In this document: in pieces, positions 28,091-41,042 of the stretch
How positions within the stretch are numbered: the first letter of the stretch is position 1
How the letters are laid out: each line of letters starts with the position of its first letter
Notes under the pieces: model-generated
Told to the model about the DNA's origin: nothing
The model's input: only the letters and a program-made list of their open reading frames with translations
Database searches by the model: none
Program-made: the position numbers and the translations under genes
Source of the DNA: Cystobasidiomycetes sp. EMM_F5
Taxonomy: Eukaryota
Direction of reading: 5' to 3'
DNA: 64,000 nucleotides
Assembly: GCA_051047955.1 (NCBI GenBank)
Contig: JBPGPT010000002.1
Location: forward strand, 930,001-994,000

Positions 28091-30552
28091 CTATTCTGGT
28101 GCTGTCGTAACCTGAACTGCTTTGAGTCGCTCCACAATCTCGCCTAGCTCCAACTTCAGCTGCAGCAACTTTGTCACTTCTGATGCCACATCTCCCTCCG
28201 CCTTGCCGCCCTTGATCGTCTTCACCTTCTCAGCCTGCTCTGCCACTGCCTTCTCCTTTTCAATCAGCTCGTCCGTTTTCGGGCCAGTGAAAGCCGGCCT
28301 TTCTTCCGCTTTCGCCGCCTTTGACGCCTTCTTTTTGCTCTTCTTAGCATCATCAACAGGGACCGATGACTTGTCGCCAAACTGCTTCCTCCACACATCC
28401 TCCATCTCGGGCTTGATCTTCTTGAACAGGTACTCTGCTTTTCCGATTCTGTGGCCGGATAGGATATCCTCTGTGCTAAATGCCTCCGGCAAACTTCGAG
28501 CTGGAGCATTCAGCTGACGAAGTATGCTCTCTTCGGTTGTTGGCATGAAGGGGTGGAGGAGAACGGAGAGCAGGTATATCAAGTTTGTAGCAGTTACCAC
28601 TACGGTCGCACATAAATCGGGATCGCTTTCTAGCAGTGCGTTGGTGAGGTTTGAGCTCTGGAGATATTGATTGCCTCGGCGCGACACAGCCATGACAAAT
28701 TCGAGTCCAGCCCTAAGCTTCATGTCTTCCATGGCGGCCGTGTACTTCTCAAGCAAGTCGTCGACGTCCTTCTTTAGCTCTTGTTCCGATTGTCTCGATT
28801 TGATTGATTTGGGCAGGACGCTGTCGTATTGCGAATTCACAAATTTGACCAGCCGATTCACGAAATTGCCGAGGTTATTGAGAAGCTCCGAGTTGTTGTC
28901 TGCGATAAACTCTCTCCAGGTGAATTGAGAATCGCCTGTTTCCGGTCGTTTACTGATCAAAAAATACCTCCACACTTCACTAGGAATGCCCGTATCTTTG
29001 GCATTCTCCGCAAAAACGCCCACACCTGCAGACTTTGAGAATTTGGTATTCTCATACTGCAGGTATTCAGTCGTGCTGATACTGTTGAGCATCGTCCATT
29101 TCTCCTTAGTCCCGATGAGGTATCCGGGGAAGAAGAGCGTGTGGAAGGGTACATTGTCTTTGCCCATGAATTGGTACAGCGTTACATTATCCGGATTCTG
29201 CCACCATTGCCGCCAGTCATCCGTATAGCAAGCGGTGATACTAGGGTAGCCAATTGGCGCATCGAACTGAAAAGTAGCATTATCGATACTTGAGATTGTG
29301 CATATGATCGAGATAGATGGCGTCGACCTACCCACACATACATGACCTTCTTCTCCCAGCCTTTCAACGGTACGGGCACACCCCACTCAAGATCGCGGGT
29401 AATATTGCGCGGTTTCAAACCATCTCTGAGCCAAGAGTTTGTCATTGCCACGGCATTGCTGGACCACTTGCCCTTTGCGATACTTTCTTTTGACCACTGC
29501 TCGAGCCGCTCTTGCAGCTTATCTAACCGTATCGATTGATGAACCGTCTCCTTAGTCTCAGGTTGCGTCCCGCACAAGGTACATTTGGGAGAGATGAGTT
29601 CAAGCGGATCGAGCGGATTCGCGCAGCTTTCGCACTGATCACCCTTTGCGCCTGCATAACTACATTTGGGGCAGGTTCCTTCGACATATCTGTCACTCAG
29701 GAATCTGTATAGACGAAAATCATGGGAAATCAGCAAATGACGCTGGACTAGATTTGGGTACTGACTTCTGGTCCTTTTCGCAGTACAACTGGATTGCCGA
29801 TTGCTCGACCAGCTCATCGTTGTTGTACAGCTTGAGGAAGATGTCTTGACAGATTCTGAAGTGCAAACTATGGATGAGCACGGCTAGCGCGGAATACCTC
29901 GCAGCAATTATTAGACTCACTCCGTTTGTTGCGGCGTGCTTGTTCTTCCAAAGTGGTCAAAAGATATTCCAAACCATTCGTATGCAGCTTTGTGGATAGC
30001 ATAGTACTTATCACACACTACGGTGAGTGATGGTCAGTACGATATACGTTTCTAATGTTCGGCTATGACGACAGGGCGAAACTCACGTTGCTTTGGAGTG
30101 ACACCTTCCTTGATGGCGCGAAACTCGGTCGTTGTGCCGTACTCGTCTGTTCCGCAAATATATAGAGTCCGCCTGTTTCGCGTCCGGTTGTACCTCGCAA
30201 ACACATCTGCCGACATGGTGGAGCCAATCAAATTTCCAAGATGCGGTGCATTATTGACGCTGCAGAAACAGTCCGACGTTCATAACAGGCGGTAGGATTG
30301 GGTGCTTGTTTCGTCAGCTTGATGTGCATGAATATGGATGCGCAAACAATGAACGCACTATGGCAATGCGGATGTGATGAGGACATTCTTCTCTCCCGCT
30401 TTCGGTAGACTGTATTAGCCGTACGCGCAGCATCTACTCAGTCTTGTTTTGTGAATGGAGCCATGTTTCCAATCTCACATCTTGCCCTGGTCGGTCGCCA
30501 GCGTCAATCTGACTGCCTTCGCATTGATGGTAGCCGGTATTGCGTCAGACAT
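28091..30552 (-). CDS. MES1: Cytoplasmic methionyl-tRNA synthetase
   Basis: [21 protein letters not shown], zinc-knuckle cysteines, [37 protein letters not shown]. Confidence 0.96.
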
Positions 30553-31170
30553 GGTTTATATCGCAGCACAGATACTATTGCAGGTTCTGAATGAAAAGCA
30601 AGCCTTGTTTGCACCTCACAACCGAAGCCGTGACTTGATCAAGCCGCTAATATACATGAAGATTCAACACGCCAGCGTTAATCTATTGCCGCTGCCTAGA
30701 ACGAGATTGTGTACATTGCTCAAGGAGTGGACCCGCTTCACAGCAGTTGCGAGCACCGTCATTACACAACATTTATTGTCGAGTTGGGTTCAAAAAGGCA
30801 CGTGAAGCAGGTCAGTCTCGCAGCAAATATCGTAAAGTCTGTCCATTTCAGCACCACAGCAGACAACGATATGTGCATCTACGTGACAGACAGAATGAGA
30901 ACAACGCCTAGACGACAAAATCAAAAAAAAAGGCGGGGACGGTAAAAAAGGAGGGCGATACGAGCGGAGGCGTAGGGGTCATGCTGGAGCCCTTCACCGA
31001 AAAGATCGATGGGAGGGCAACAGAACGGATGGGAATGAGAAGATGTAGTAGACGTACAGCCTTGTTCCAGCATCTGCCTTTGCGCAAACTTTCCCGGTCG
31101 ATGGCAACCCCCTTGAGGTGAGGTAAAAGGTGGGGAGCAGAGACGTAATGCGGCGAGGTAATGTAGTTGC

Positions 31171-32099
<929 letters not shown>

Positions 32100-32496
32100 G
32101 ATGTGCGTGTGGTTCCACAATCTGCTCGTCGCCGACTTTCCCTAGACTCGGGTTCGCAGCGGTCGAAAATTGTGATCGAGCTGGAAAAATTGAACAGCTG
32201 CGAAAATGGAAATATTCTATCTCCACAATGCAAGCCAGTAAGAGCCCGAGCACCACTTGAGAGTCCTTCAACAACTACCTTCCGTAAAACAATAGACAAA
32301 CTTCGAAGGGCGCTCAAGCGAGAGATTTATTTTCAAAGACGTTGCTAGGCTACAGGCAGGAAAGGCATAGCTAGCTTAAGAATGATGACTGTTTTAGAAA
32401 GGGAAAGGACTGTGTTCAAGCCATGGACTACGATAGGCTACAAGCTCAATTAAGGTATTGGCATCGAAAGGAAAGCGTTTAAGCCAGCCGTAACTT

Positions 32497-34587
32497 TCAT
32501 GCCCAGAGTCCTCGGAAGTAGGAGAGTGCAGCACGCTCGGCGTCACCTTTTTGTTCATGCTTGTCATGGTGACCCTCGTGATCATGGTGATGATCATGTT
32601 CATGACGACCGTGCTCGCCGTGATGTTCGTGACCATCGTGTCCGCGGTGAGCGAACGGCGGTCGGATGAGCGAGTTTACGACCTACCATTCCAAGATTAG
32701 CGTTTGCGACTTGCGCCAACGATGATCAGCGACTCACGTGTACAGCACCTCCCCAAGCTACCCCGTCGCTGATGACAGCCTTAACATACTCATGCTCGTC
32801 CTGGTATGGGTTACCAACAGCGATAGCACGTGTCTTTGGGCCTTTACCGAAACCAAGTCTGTACTCGTAGACGTGTACGCTGAGCGACTCGTTCTTCTCG
32901 GATCCGAGAAGTGTGGGAAGCTCAAACTTGTGCACATGGCCTTCAGGTCCATGAGGCTTGTCTTTGCCTGGACCCGGTCTGCCGGGTCGTCCTGGTGGAG
33001 AGGGCGGGCCGCGGTGAGGGGGGTGAGGCATTGGGAAGCCGACTCCAGAAAAGTCATCGTGCTCATCATCGTGCTGGAACCATTTAGGCAATGCCTCGAC
33101 CATGTTCTTTACACCGCTAGATACGGCACCGAAATCCACGACATCCACAGACCGCGAGGCATTGAGGTAGTAGTCGGTGTGCAGGATAGTCTGAGGGATA
33201 ATATGGTAAGACAGGACCTTCTTGAGCACGCGGTGTCCGAAAGGTCCAAGTAGGAAGAGACGAATCTTGAATGGAATCTTTGCAAATGCCAAATTGGTCG
33301 GAGCAAAGACGGTAAATGGCCAAGCTGCAAACTCCTTCTTGCGATCTTCCTCATCCATATCTTGGCGCAGAGTACTCATTCCAGCCTTTTCGAGTGCCTC
33401 GTTGATTAGCTCTTCCAGAGCACTGGTAACGGCGGGATGAGTCTGCTCGTCCTCAAGGCCGGCGATACGAGAAAGGATGCCTCCGTTATCCATGTTTTGC
33501 AGACCCTCGAAATCATCGCCATGCGATTCATGGTGATGATGATAGTAGGGAGCAATGACATGATCGAGCTCAACCTGTTGCAACGTGGAGGTCAACGCGG
33601 AGAAAGTCAACGGGAACAGGAACAGCTGATCAAGAGGTGGGAGTGGTGGCAGGAGTGGTGCGGAGATCTGGAAGAAATTGCTAGGAAATTAGCCTATTTC
33701 CGGGCCTTCGTTAGGAGCTACATACCAAATGAATGATACCATTCTTGGCAATCAAGGAAGGACCATTGCGAGCCTTTGCGTAAAAGTTCAGTGTAAGATC
33801 GTACGAGGGTGGTGGTGGAAGGAGGTCAAGCTTTGGTCGGAGACGGATCCGGAAAGGAGTGCCATACTTGCGCGTCTGATTGAGTGCAGTAGGTACCGTC
33901 TGCATATCGAGCAGTTCTCCAGCCTCGAGCTTTTCGGGTACGACGTGATACTTGAGGACGGCCGATACAATCTTCTTTATGAAACGACGCTTCTCTTCCC
34001 GAGTTGGCTCCTTGTGTTTGCCACCATCGTCGTCGCCGTCATCAGCATCCTGCTCGGCAGCTTTGAGCATGGCATGGAAAGGATGTTGACCTTGTGCATG
34101 CTCGTGTTCATGATCGTGGTGGTGGTGGTCTGGTAAATCCTTGAGTGCCTCATCATCCGGTGCAAACAGAGTGACCGAGATGTCCTCTTTGCTGAGATAC
34201 TCAATAATCTGGGGCACCGCAGTGGTATCAGCATCGCGTAGGTACGTAAGACTAGGACTGAATGCGCACCGAGTCTGAGAAGTTTGCGACTTTGGCTAGC
34301 TTCTTGAGGGGTGGAGTGCGACGATTCGGATCATCGGCGTGATGGAGAGTGTAGTTCAAGATCTGGCCGATGGTCCATCGACCTGCGAGAGGGGAGTGGG
34401 AAGATTGCTTTCAGTACAGATCAAGCGACTGAAGGGATCACTGGGTCTCACTCAGATCAATTGGCTCGTGGTTGTTTGTGACTACTTTCGTCAGCGGGTG
34501 CTGTTGTGCTCCCGGAGCCGCGATGACTGAGGCGGCGGCAGAGAGGAGCAGGGGCAGAGTCTGCGCGATGCTGGTAGTGAGCAGCAT
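32497..34587 (-). CDS. Secreted fasciclin (two FAS1 domains) with His-rich linkers and tail
   Basis: Signal peptide, VTLFAPDDEA...LKYHVVP...AKNGIIH and FTVFAPTNLAF...LSYHIIP...GAVHVV FAS1 motifs. Confidence 0.88.
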
Positions 34588-35264
34588 GGCTGAGAAGAGA
34601 GCTCGATGGACTGCTTGTCAGTAGAAAGAAGAGGTTGCGACTCAGATCTGGCGGAATTGCCAACACATGCTGCGGATCGTTACCGCAGCCGAGCGAAGCC
34701 GCAGCTGACGAGGCAGTCAGCGAGTGAGCGATATGGGTGCGTCAGGAGGAGATGGCTGATAATAAACGAGCTCATGAGAAGTACATCAGCATCTTATGCG
34801 TTAGTAATGGCCTGCTGTGGTTTTTGTCGAGTATTTCTGGTGATGATGCGCTTTGTTGATTTGAAACGGCGCGTAAACACGGCAATAATCAGATGACGGC
34901 CAGAATATATAATGGGTCAGGGTTTCCAGTAGTCTTCCTGATGGTCATCTACAGACAACCGAGGATCTATACACACTTGCTCGTTGCATGAATGTGCTTT
35001 GCGTTGACACAATTCGGACACAGTCTTCTTCGTGTATCGGTCAATTGCAATCAAGTTGATGATATTGCTGCACTTCGACACAGCAGACCATTCAAATAGA
35101 CATATAAAAGCAATACTGAACTCCCATCATTGCTACGGACCCCGTCGCAGCAGAATCCTGCAGTCCCGCCTGATCGGTCGTTGCATGACCAGCCTTTCGC
35201 TCCAAGACTGACGACTTTGCTCTCCCGCTTGCGCACTCTGCCAGTCGGCACCCAACAGCCCACC

Positions 35265-36846
35265 ATGCGCAACGGCCAGTTCAGTTCCATCAAGCTGTTT
35301 GCCGGGTTGGTAGCAGTGTTAAAACCCGCTTTGCCAGGCTTTGCTGATTGAAATTCGGGTCTCCCATCCAGGTCGTCGCATCCGGAGTTGGCGTATCTGG
35401 TCAGCAAGCGGCTCGGTATACCTCTGTCGGATGCGGGCACGTATCGGAAGCCATCGGGCGAGATTGGGCTGGACCTAAAGGAGAGCGTCCGTGAAGCCGA
35501 CGTCTACATCCTGAAGCAAGTTTGAAATATTGCATGATCGATGGACTGGCGAGGCTGACATGGAGCATACTACACCTGCAGTACCGCGTCCTCGGGATAT
35601 ACGCCTACTAATGGAGCGCTCATGGAGACGCTCATCATGGTTCACGCGTGCAAGATTGCCAGCGCCAGAAGGATTACCGCAGTCGTGCGTTGTCGCTTTG
35701 TGAAAGACTCACAGATGGAATGGCGACTGAGTGTGCATCATTCCATGTTGTCACGTATCCAGCTCCCACACTTTCCCTATGCTCGCCAGGACAAAAAGGA
35801 CAAGAGTAGAGCCCCCATCACTGCCAAGCTTATCGCCAACATGTTGCAAGCAGCAGGTGTGGACCACGTCATCTGCATGGACCTGCACGCTTCTCAAATT
35901 CAGGGCTTCTTTGATGTCCCGGTAGACAAGTGCGTCTTTACAAGTCGTTTGCTATACAGGGCGAAACTCTGCTAACGACCGCTTCTTACAGTGTAAGGCG
36001 CATGTATGACAGGAGAAGGGAATCCATAAACCCGCTCACATAGTCCATGCAGCTGTATGCCGAACCTACCATGGTCCAGTACCTCCGCCAGTCGATTGAC
36101 GTCGAAAATGCCGTCGTGGTCTCGCCTGATGCAGGTGGTGCAAAGCGGTGAGTCGTCTATATTACGCAGGCCGCGTTTCCGCTTACATGACGCACTTAGA
36201 GCATCCTCGCTGGCCGCCAAGCTAAATCTAGATTTCGCCTTATTTCACAAAGAACGCAAGAAGGCAAACGAAGTTTCGCGAATGGTGCTCGTCGGAAACG
36301 TACAGGGCAAGACGGCAATCTTGATAGACGACATGGCCGATACATGTGGTACGCTTGCTCTTGCCGCACAACATCTAAATGAAGCTGGTGCGACATCGGT
36401 CATTGCCCTCGTTACGCACGGTATTCTCTCCTCCAACGCTTGCGAGAAGATCACAAAGAGTAGCCTGTCTCAAGTCGTTGTCACGAATACATTACCGCAA
36501 GAAGAGCACAAGGCTCAATGCGATAAGCTCAAAGAACTCGACATCTCCAACGTACTCGCGGAAACCATCAGGAGAAGTCATTATGGCGAAAGCGTCAGCT
36601 ACTTATTCGATGCAATGCTGTGGGACCCGATCCGATTGGACTGTGAGCACATGTGCTGTCTTGAGAATGATCTTTGGCCACATACTGAGGTGCCGCATCC
36701 GGGATGCAGACGCTCAAACGGAAGAGGAAGCGCACCAGGATCAAGAGAAGTATAGATACTCCAAAGCTCCTGGAATGTCACGGCCGCCTACTAGGCCAGG
36801 GACGCCTCAACCAAAGAGACATCATCTCCCCTCAAATATTGTGTAG
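35265..36846 (+). CDS. PRS: Ribose-phosphate pyrophosphokinase (PRPP synthetase)
   Basis: [87 protein letters not shown]. Contains a GC-AG intron and an inferred 1-nt exon. Confidence 0.95.
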
Positions 36847-37107
36847 CCGTTGCCTTTCACTGTAGAATACTGACTGCAGCGATAATTTGCTGTGGATGCC
36901 TGTCAAGCTTGACCTGTCGCTGATGTGTTACACAGACGAGATTGTGTCTTGTTCTGACGGCTATTCGCTAACACAGCCCAGGTGACATTCCGTCAGACAT
37001 GACTCTTGACCAGCGCAGTCGGGACAGGAGCCTGCCCGCACCCCGACGACTCGTTACACGACGATTTCAGCTACACATGCACATCATTGGGTATCAATCA
37101 CACATAC

Positions 37108-37494
37108 ATGCGGAGGCATAAGCTCCGCCATTCCACTTTTATCCTTGGTCTTCTCGCATTGTGGACAAGCATACACGGAAGGCCTTTGATCGCACTGGAG
37201 CATACCACGCACAATACAATAGCATCGCGCGCGACAGACAGTACCAGCTATCGAGAGCAGGTCGACCAAAATTGGCGCTTATTGGTCATTGTAGCGGCCG
37301 TCACAGGAGGTCTCGTTCTCATTATCGCCATGCAGATTGTCGGGCTACTGTCTCAGACCAAGCGTTCGGGGACCAGACATCGGCTGCGTACGAGAGGGTC
37401 GTCTCCGAGGAGTGGAACAACGACTCCAGATCCAAATAGCCCGGATGACGATCTTGGTCTGAGGGACTTGTTCGGGGATCACGCACACTGGTAG
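37108..37494 (+). CDS. Small single-pass membrane protein with signal peptide (tandem family member 1)
   Basis: Hydrophobic N-terminus, RATD...YREQVDQNWR, a TM segment of about 23 aa and a basic juxtamembrane region. Confidence 0.6.
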   Translation: MRRHKLRHSTFILGLLALWTSIHGRPLIALEHTTHNTIASRATDSTSYREQVDQNWRLLVIVAAVTGGLVLIIAMQIVGLLSQTKRSGTRHRLRTRGSSPRSGTTTPDPNSPDDDLGLRDLFGDHAHW

Positions 37495-37770
37495 ATCGAC
37501 AGACATCAATCATCTCATCAAGAGATATCTCACTAGGTAGCTGTATAGCGAGTTCGCTATGCCAATCCGTTGGTGGAGTCCCCTTCGCTATCATCGATCC
37601 TGTTTGCAATAGAGTGGCGGTACAAAGTGTCCGGCAGGTCAGGAATCTGACGGAGGCACAGGGCAAGCGGACATCAGCATTCACGACCATTACCTATCCA
37701 ACCTATTTGAGTATTCCAAGCTGTTTAATCGATGGTGATAGGCCAGCAACCCAAAGCGCGTCTCGCGTGC

Positions 37771-38073
37771 ATGGCGCAACTCGTCATTCTCGGCCTCCTG
37801 GCTCGAGGACTACAAGCGTACCCATTCAATCATCAGGCAATGCTGGTAGCGCGCGATTGCAACATCTGTGATATGGATGACTCTGCAACTCTGACAACAT
37901 CGCCAGCATCAGCAGCTTCAAGCACATCCGGCTCGCAATCGTCTCAATGGCAACGTAAAGCGGACCAATACTGGCTCGCGACGGAGGGACTGGCAGCTGG
38001 ATGCCTTATATTGATTCTCGTCATTATTTTATTAGCAGTACTGAAAAGCAACAGATTGGCTGCCACTAGATGA
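37771..38073 (+). CDS. Small single-pass membrane protein with signal peptide (tandem family member 2)
   Basis: Signal-like N-terminus, CNIC, Ser/Thr stalk, WQRKADQYW, TM segment and short basic tail. Alternative ATG at 37732. Confidence 0.6.
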   Translation: MAQLVILGLLARGLQAYPFNHQAMLVARDCNICDMDDSATLTTSPASAASSTSGSQSSQWQRKADQYWLATEGLAAGCLILILVIILLAVLKSNRLAATR

Positions 38074-38409
38074 ATGAATCCTAATAATGCTGACTATTTC
38101 AGAATGCAACTAAGTCTCAGCTTGAGAGGCCAGAGTCTTTGCTTACACCAAGCTTGATTTCGCGTACGGTTCCAACAGAATATTCTTCGACTTGGGTACA
38201 CCGCCCCGTGACATCACTGGTCGACTTGTTTCACAAGTTGACGAGGTCGGTACCGTGATCCGCCAGCGCTATACCTCGTCGGGCAGGCCCCTGGATTGTT
38301 CGCTCACTTGCGGATGTCCTCCGTTCCGACTGCAGCTCGTCAAGCGTACAGTGAAGCAATCTCTCGTCATCGCATCAATACACAAGGACTACCTCACCCC
38401 AGACTGCCA

Positions 38410-38601
38410 ATGCCTGCACTGTACAGAAGGCGCGTCAATTGGCACAATCGCGCAATTGCGTATCGTACAACTCTCATAGCTCTGGCCATTGTTGCTGGTA
38501 TACTCCTCATCGGCCTACTCATCGTATTCATCTCCACAACGCGGGCCGCAAAAAAGCAGCGAGAAGCGCAAGCTACAAATAACACAGGAAATACTGCGTG
38601 A
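38410..38601 (+). CDS. Single-pass membrane microprotein (tandem family member 3)
   Basis: MPALYRRRVNWHNRAIAYRTT + TM + RAAKK; about half identical to member 4. The start may lie further upstream. Confidence 0.72.
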   Translation: MPALYRRRVNWHNRAIAYRTTLIALAIVAGILLIGLLIVFISTTRAAKKQREAQATNNTGNTA

Positions 38602-38985
38602 TCTTAAGCGCGTAGAGGCATTTTGATCTTCACAGCGCTTATACATGGATAAGAGTATATACTTTGGTTTTTGACCTTTTAGCAGCATTTTGGCGTGATA
38701 TTTTCAATCCAGAATGAAGAGAATCTAATAGTCCGAACGAGTAAACATGTCGCACAATCTCCACCTTTGTCTCACTAAATTTAGCACCACTTGTGATACA
38801 GTCGGGGCGAAGCAAGCTCACCTGCAGTATTGCCGGACACTCGTGTGGTCACGGATGGAGGTGCAATTCACTCAATCGCCAATCGAAAACTTAGTCAGGC
38901 CGCTGCGTGTTGGTGCGTATGAACTGACGCGAGGGGTATACCTGTTGATATTTGATGATTGATGATTGTCCCCGCAGCCGTAAAC

Positions 38986-39183
38986 ATGCCCTCACTTCAC
39001 ACGCGAGCCACTGACTGGCATGAGCGTTCTGATGCCTATCGAACGACCGTGATAGTTTTGGCAGTCGTGTCGGGGGTTCTCTTCATTGGTCTTATCATTG
39101 CAGTAATATCACAAAATCGTGCCAGTAAAAAGCGGGAGCAAGCCAGAGTGAATAATAACGGTACTACGACAGCTACAACATGA
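38986..39183 (+). CDS. Single-pass membrane microprotein (tandem family member 4)
   Basis: MPSLHTRATDWHERSDAYRTT + TM + RASKK. A possible upstream exon from ATG 38855 joins in frame via intron ~38913-38977. Confidence 0.72.
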   Translation: MPSLHTRATDWHERSDAYRTTVIVLAVVSGVLFIGLIIAVISQNRASKKREQARVNNNGTTTATT

Positions 39184-39986
39184 GACAGGAAGCAATCTGT
39201 ACGTAGTAGGCATGGTCTTAAATAATTCCCGTACGCATGAAACATCTAAGACGAGACAGATGGCTCGTGCACAGTACTCGTTGAGACGTCTCTGTGTTAG
39301 ATAGATCCAAAGATAGATATCATGAGGCAAATTCCAAAGGTTCAGCACCGTTGATTTAGTACTAGTGTATGAACGTTGCCATACTAAGCGCGTACTACCG
39401 CCTGCAATAGAATCAACAACTAGCATTGGAGAGCATGCAGATATCGTAGAGCGCGAGAGCACCAAAGCAGTGGAACAACATTATGTTGAAAGTCAAGACC
39501 AGCGTACTTGAAAACTGTAGATTCCAGCAATCGCGCCAATGTTTGAAACGCTGCCTCGTCTTGCGAGAACATCATATGGTTTCTTTCAGTTGTACGTGCA
39601 GCATAATGCCGCAGTGTATATGTTCAGTGCTGTAACGTCGGAGCGTCAGACCACATAACTTTTATTTGTTAGAATTGTGATATTGATAAGCAACTGCAAA
39701 GCAAGAAAGTTATGCGTGTATCGTTACATCGTCGTAGGGCAACGCCGGCCTGCGTTTATCTATCCAGGTGGTGTTAGTATTTTCAAGATTTTCGGTCATC
39801 AAAGCGAAGTGTTCATTATGCAATGACGGAAGTAATGACGTGGACAGGACATAGAGGGCAAAGAAAGACTCCGTATACGATGATACGGTTATGTTGTGCT
39901 ACATTATTTGGAGATTTGGGTTTAAAATTTGGGTTTCATCTCGAGATTGAGTTGCTATGGCCGACCGCTATGCACGAATGAAGCGA

Positions 39987-40606
39987 CTAGTCGGAAGAAC
40001 CAGTGGAACCACCCTTTTTACCCATCTCGCTAGCCCGCTCGCGATCGCCTCCCTATCATCATATATGGATTCCCATCAGCCTGGCAAGCAAATCGCGGGA
40101 ACGCGCTTGACACATACAAATCCGTGCTCGCTGGACATGCGCTTGTCTGGTGTGCCATCTTGCTTCAATCCGCTGATTTGTATGTCATTTAGTTGTGCGG
40201 CAGTAAGTGGTTGCAGGGGACGGGCGAACTCACTCGTGCTCGGATGGCTTGTAAACCTCATCGGGCTGAGTGGAACCTCCCTCGCGACCCGCTTGTGATG
40301 CGCGTTCTATGATTTCATGGATTTGCGTCAGATGCAACAATGGAGACGGCGGTCAATGAAAGCTAACCTCGATCACCACCGAAGCCGTGCTCAGAGTTAA
40401 GTCTTACCGATCAAGGCAAGTGAATCAACACTATGTTATTGAGACGAATTGAGCTGCATAGACATACCTCTGGTCTGGCTTGCCGTCCTTGGTCAAGCTA
40501 TACGTAAGGAAGGTACGGAATTCTAGTGAGCATACATTATGACGAGCCAAAGGTGGAATGACATGACATACCCGTCGTGTTCCTTGGCAGAGTAGTTCTG
40601 GGACAT
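39987..40606 (-). CDS. Small hydrophilin/KGG-type stress protein made of two ~45-aa repeats; not in the ORF track
   Basis: Six exons splice to MSQNYSAKEHDGLTKDGKPDQRLNSEHGFGGDRERASQAGREGGSTQPDEVYKPSEHDGLKQDGTPDKRMSSEHGFGGDRERASEMGKKGGSTGSSD*. Confidence 0.85.
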
Positions 40607-41042
40607 GTTGATTGTGTTTGTTTTGAGTTGTTTATGAGTTGTCTTTGAGCGCGGAGGATCTGGATGAAGCGAAAGAAAGCAACGCGTCTGGGATTGATGG
40701 CCATGTTTATATTTCGCGAGAATTCAGCTTGTCCAGCTGACGCGCTACGTCACTACTCCGCTTCGAGCATCGCACTTTTTCCGAATCGACCCTAGAACAT
40801 GACGATTTCCGGAGTTTGGATCGTCGATTTCGCTTGAAGCGTGAGAAGTGATGCATACGGATTAGTCAGAAATGTTAGCTTACTTTTAATGGTAAAACTC
40901 ATACGTACTTCATTTTCGATGATCACAAAAAAGTAGTTGGATCGCCGTCGCCACCGGCAACGGACATATTATTTGGGTCTTCTTTCAGATGTCGTCATCC
41001 CGTCACAAACGTAAACAAGGCGCGACGCGCCGACAGAAACAG

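Noticed and set aside
31075..31100. GGGAAAGTTTGCG (minus strand) resembling RNase P/MRP CR-I
   Set aside because: Imperfect match, with no complementary CR-V/P4 partner found.
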